From Nageia nagi (lineage: Eukaryota; Plantae; Pinophyta): DNA of 64,000 nt. Below the pieces are notes generated by a model. It did no database searches. It saw only the letters and a list, made by a program, of their open reading frames with translations, and had not been told where the DNA came from. Where the stretch lies: assembly GCA_050084985.1 (NCBI GenBank), contig JBITNC010000002.1, forward strand, positions 19,964,001-20,028,000, written 5' to 3'. Below, in pieces: positions 61,032-64,000 of this stretch; position 1 is the first letter of the stretch, and each line of letters begins with the position of its first letter. The position numbers and the translations under genes are program-made.

Positions 61032-64000
61032 ATGGTTGAAACCTTCATACCCAAGCATATACTCGACGGTTCCAACTTCGGCATATGGGAACCTCGTATG
61101 AAAGCTGAGTTACAAGTAAGGAAGTTATGGTAGATAGTTAATGAAGACTTAGTCACTCCTACAGATGAGAAGGCTCTTGAAATCTACAACTCAAAGAATA
61201 AGTTAGCAACTTCAATGATTTATCGTGCAGTTTCAGATGACGTACTTCTCATGATCTCTTCTTCAACATCAGTAAAGAAAGCTTTGGATAGGCTGAAGAA
61301 AATTTACCTTGGGTCAAAATTTTCAAGGAGGTTCACTATTTTACAAAAGTTGTTGCAATATCGTTAAGGTGAAGATGAAAGTGCTTTTATTTACTTGAAT
61401 AAAATCATTTACCTTAGGACACAACTGGTTGGCTGTGGGTGCAACTGGATCAATGATGAGTTCATGGTCTTCATCATTCTTCAAAGCCTCTCTACAAAGT
61501 TCAGTAACTTTGTCACAGTTATGGAAACTAGGCTCGATGATGAAGAAGATGTCATCTCTCTTGATAACCTTTCTAGACTCCTTATGAAGCATGAGGAAAC
61601 TTTGAATAAGAAAATATTGAACTTTTCTCCAAAGGACAATCAATTGCTCTAGGAGCAACCAAAACTCCTTTCAAGAAGAAGTTCAATCATTATAAATCCA
61701 AAGATAACAAATCCTCATCTACCTTCAGGAAGCATGAGAAAAAGGGCAACAATAATGGCAACTTCAAGCAAAGGAATGATAAAGCTGGATCAAGCAATCC
61801 AAAACCTAAGGAAAAGTTTGATGGAAATTGTAACTTTTATGGCATCTTTGGTCACAAAGAGTATGATTGTCATAAAAAGAAATTTGCTGAAAAAGGTAAA
61901 GGAAATGCAAATGTGAAAAATTTCAATAATAAAAAGAAGACCAAGCATGCTGCTACTATTGCCTACTACTCAGTGACTCAAACTATTTCAAATGATTGGA
62001 TTGTTGATTTAGGATGCACTAATCACATGTTTTATGAAAAGGATAAGTTTGAAAACTTTCATAAGTACAAGAAGGATGCAGTTGTGATAGGTGATAATTC
62101 AATCCTTGATGTTCAAGGAATAGGGAGTGTGAAGATTCATGGAAAGGTTCTTGATAATTTCTTTTATGTGCCTAAACTAAGGATGAATCTTATCTTCATA
62201 ATTCAGATTACAAGGAAAGGATACTCATTTGAATTTACCTCACACTCCTGGTGTGTTAAGAAAGGACTTACCACCTTGATGAAAGGATCAGTAAAGGATG
62301 ACCTTTATATTGTGGATCAAGTTCCTTCAAAGATGTGTCTTGCTGTAAATGTTTGTTCAAAGGGTAATCTTTGGCATCAACGATTAGGGCACCTTAACCA
62401 CAAGAGTATTCAAGATATGAAAAATCAAGAACTTATGGAAGGTTTACCTAATTTTTCACCCATAATTGGTCTCTGTGAAAGGTGCATTCTAGGAAAGATG
62501 AATAGGCAAAAGTTTGAAAAAGATAAGGCAACTCGGGCTACTCATCCTCTTCAGCTTGTGCATTCAGATTTGATGGATCCGTTTTAGACTAAGTCTCTAG
62601 GGGGAGCTTCTTATGTTCTAACCTTCATTGATGACTTCAGCAGGATGACATTTGGTTATCTACTTGAGCATAAGGATCAAACTTTTGACATGTTTAAAGA
62701 CTTCAAGGCTCTTGTTAAAAATCAAACTAATTTTAAGATGAAGATGCTGAGATCTGATAATGGGGGTGAGTATAATAGCAATGAGTTTAACGACTATTGT
62801 GTTAAATATGGGATCAAGCGGCAATTCACAATCCCTTACACTCCTCAACAAAATGGAGTTGTTGAAAGGAAGAATCGAACCATTATGGAAATGGCAAGGT
62901 GCATGTTGGGTAACCTTCCTAGTTTCTTATGGGGTGAAGCTATTCACACTGCTATTCACACCCTAAATAGGTGTCTTACTAAAGCAGTTGAAGGTAAAAC
63001 TCCATATGAAGTATGGACAGGAAAGAAACCTAACATCTCACACTTTAGGGTCTTCAGTTATGATGCATTTGCCTTCATTACCTTAGAGAAAAGAAAGAAG
63101 TTGGATAAAAGATCAGAAAAATGCATCTTTGTGGGGTATGATAATCAGCATAGAGGTTCAGGCTCTACTCCTCATCCCATAAAATAGTCTTTGTTTCTAG
63201 GGATGTCAAGTTCAATGAACTTCCTGAGGATACAACTTCTCATGCTAAGGTGTCTGATTCAGATGATTCTTTGCCTGCACCTAACTGGTTGGATGATAAT
63301 GTAGGGAAGTCACCATAAGAGCAAAATTCTCCAGCTCAGAGAATTACAAGGACTATGACCTTGAATAAATCTTTATTTGCCAAAATTGATAATACGAATG
63401 AGCCATCAACCCTCAAAGAAGCTTCCAAGCAAGAGTGTTGGATGGAAGCTATGAAAGTTGAGTATGAGGCGCTCATGAAAAATGAAACTTGGGATTTGGT
63501 TCCTTATCCCAATGAGAAAAATGTGATTGGAAATAAATGTATATACAAGGTCAAGTACAATTTTGATGGAGAAATTGAAAAATACAAAGCAAGGTTAGTG
63601 GCCAAAGGATTCGCTCAGAAATATGGTATTGATTATGAGGAAACCTTTGCTCCTGTGGCCAAGATGCCTACTGTCAGGATAATCCTTGCTCTTTCTGCAG
63701 CTCAACGATGGAAATTTTTTCAACTTGATGTCAAGAGTGCATTTGTCAATGGTGACTTGGATGTAGAAATCTACATGAATCAACCAGAAGGATTTATTCC
63801 AGAAGGTAAAGAGTCTTTTATGTGCAAGCTAAAGAAGTCTTTGTATGGACTTAAGCAAGCACCTAGAGCATGGTACAAGAAAATTTCAGGATTCTTTGTA
63901 GATATTGGTTTTTCCAAATGCTTCTCTGACTCAGATCTCTATGTACTCAATCAAGGAAAAGACGTGGTCTTAATTCTCCTTTATGTGTATGATCTTCTCA
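61032..64000 (+). pseudogene. Copia gag-pol, disrupted and truncated by the window end
   Basis: ORF fragments 61395-61652, 61913-62587 and 62645-63187, with RT motifs up to the end. Confidence 0.93.

Larger units (their letters stand above)
57324..64000 (+). mobile_element. Ty1/copia (related subfamily) nested in the leader of the minus-strand copy; runs off the window
   Basis: LTR 57324-57813 (TG..CA), PBS TGGTATCAGAGC 57816-57827, gag ATG 61032, then protease WIVDLGCTNH, LWHQRLGH, integrase and RT up to 64000. Confidence 0.95.

Overview
AT-rich nuclear DNA from a large-genome land plant, gymnosperm-like by its giant introns and old nested retroelements. One host gene is present on the minus strand: a PAP/inositol-monophosphatase-family phosphatase resembling Arabidopsis At4g05090. 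Its first five coding exons (46770 down to 10892, 190 codons, all GT-AG and phase-compatible) are separated by introns of about 80, 100, 21,074 and 14,052 bp, and the rest of the gene lies left of the window. Almost everything else is transposable-element DNA. (1) A full-length L1-type LINE (30736-46200, 11-bp TSD, poly-A) carries a complete nested Ty1/copia (35088-43408, TSD CAAAA) and a nested LTR fragment. (2) Two more copies of related copia elements sit upstream of the gene: 52163-57323 on the minus strand, with a plus-strand copy inserted into it from 57324 to the window end. (3) There is also a solo LTR with TSD, two large related LTR-like elements (one with an ~1000-codon accessory ORF), hAT derivatives, and LINE and gypsy relics. 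The most interesting observations are: the copia family's long 5' leader looks like a spliceable intron with a variable cargo slot, which in one copy holds an intronless mitochondrial HIBCH-like host 5' end fused in frame to an unknown ORF; the same leader has a conserved structured RNA block with apparent compensatory changes; and the LINE ORF2 ends in a disordered tail with about six GW/WG Argonaute-hook-like motifs. All homology calls come from recognising the sequence by eye, not from database searches.
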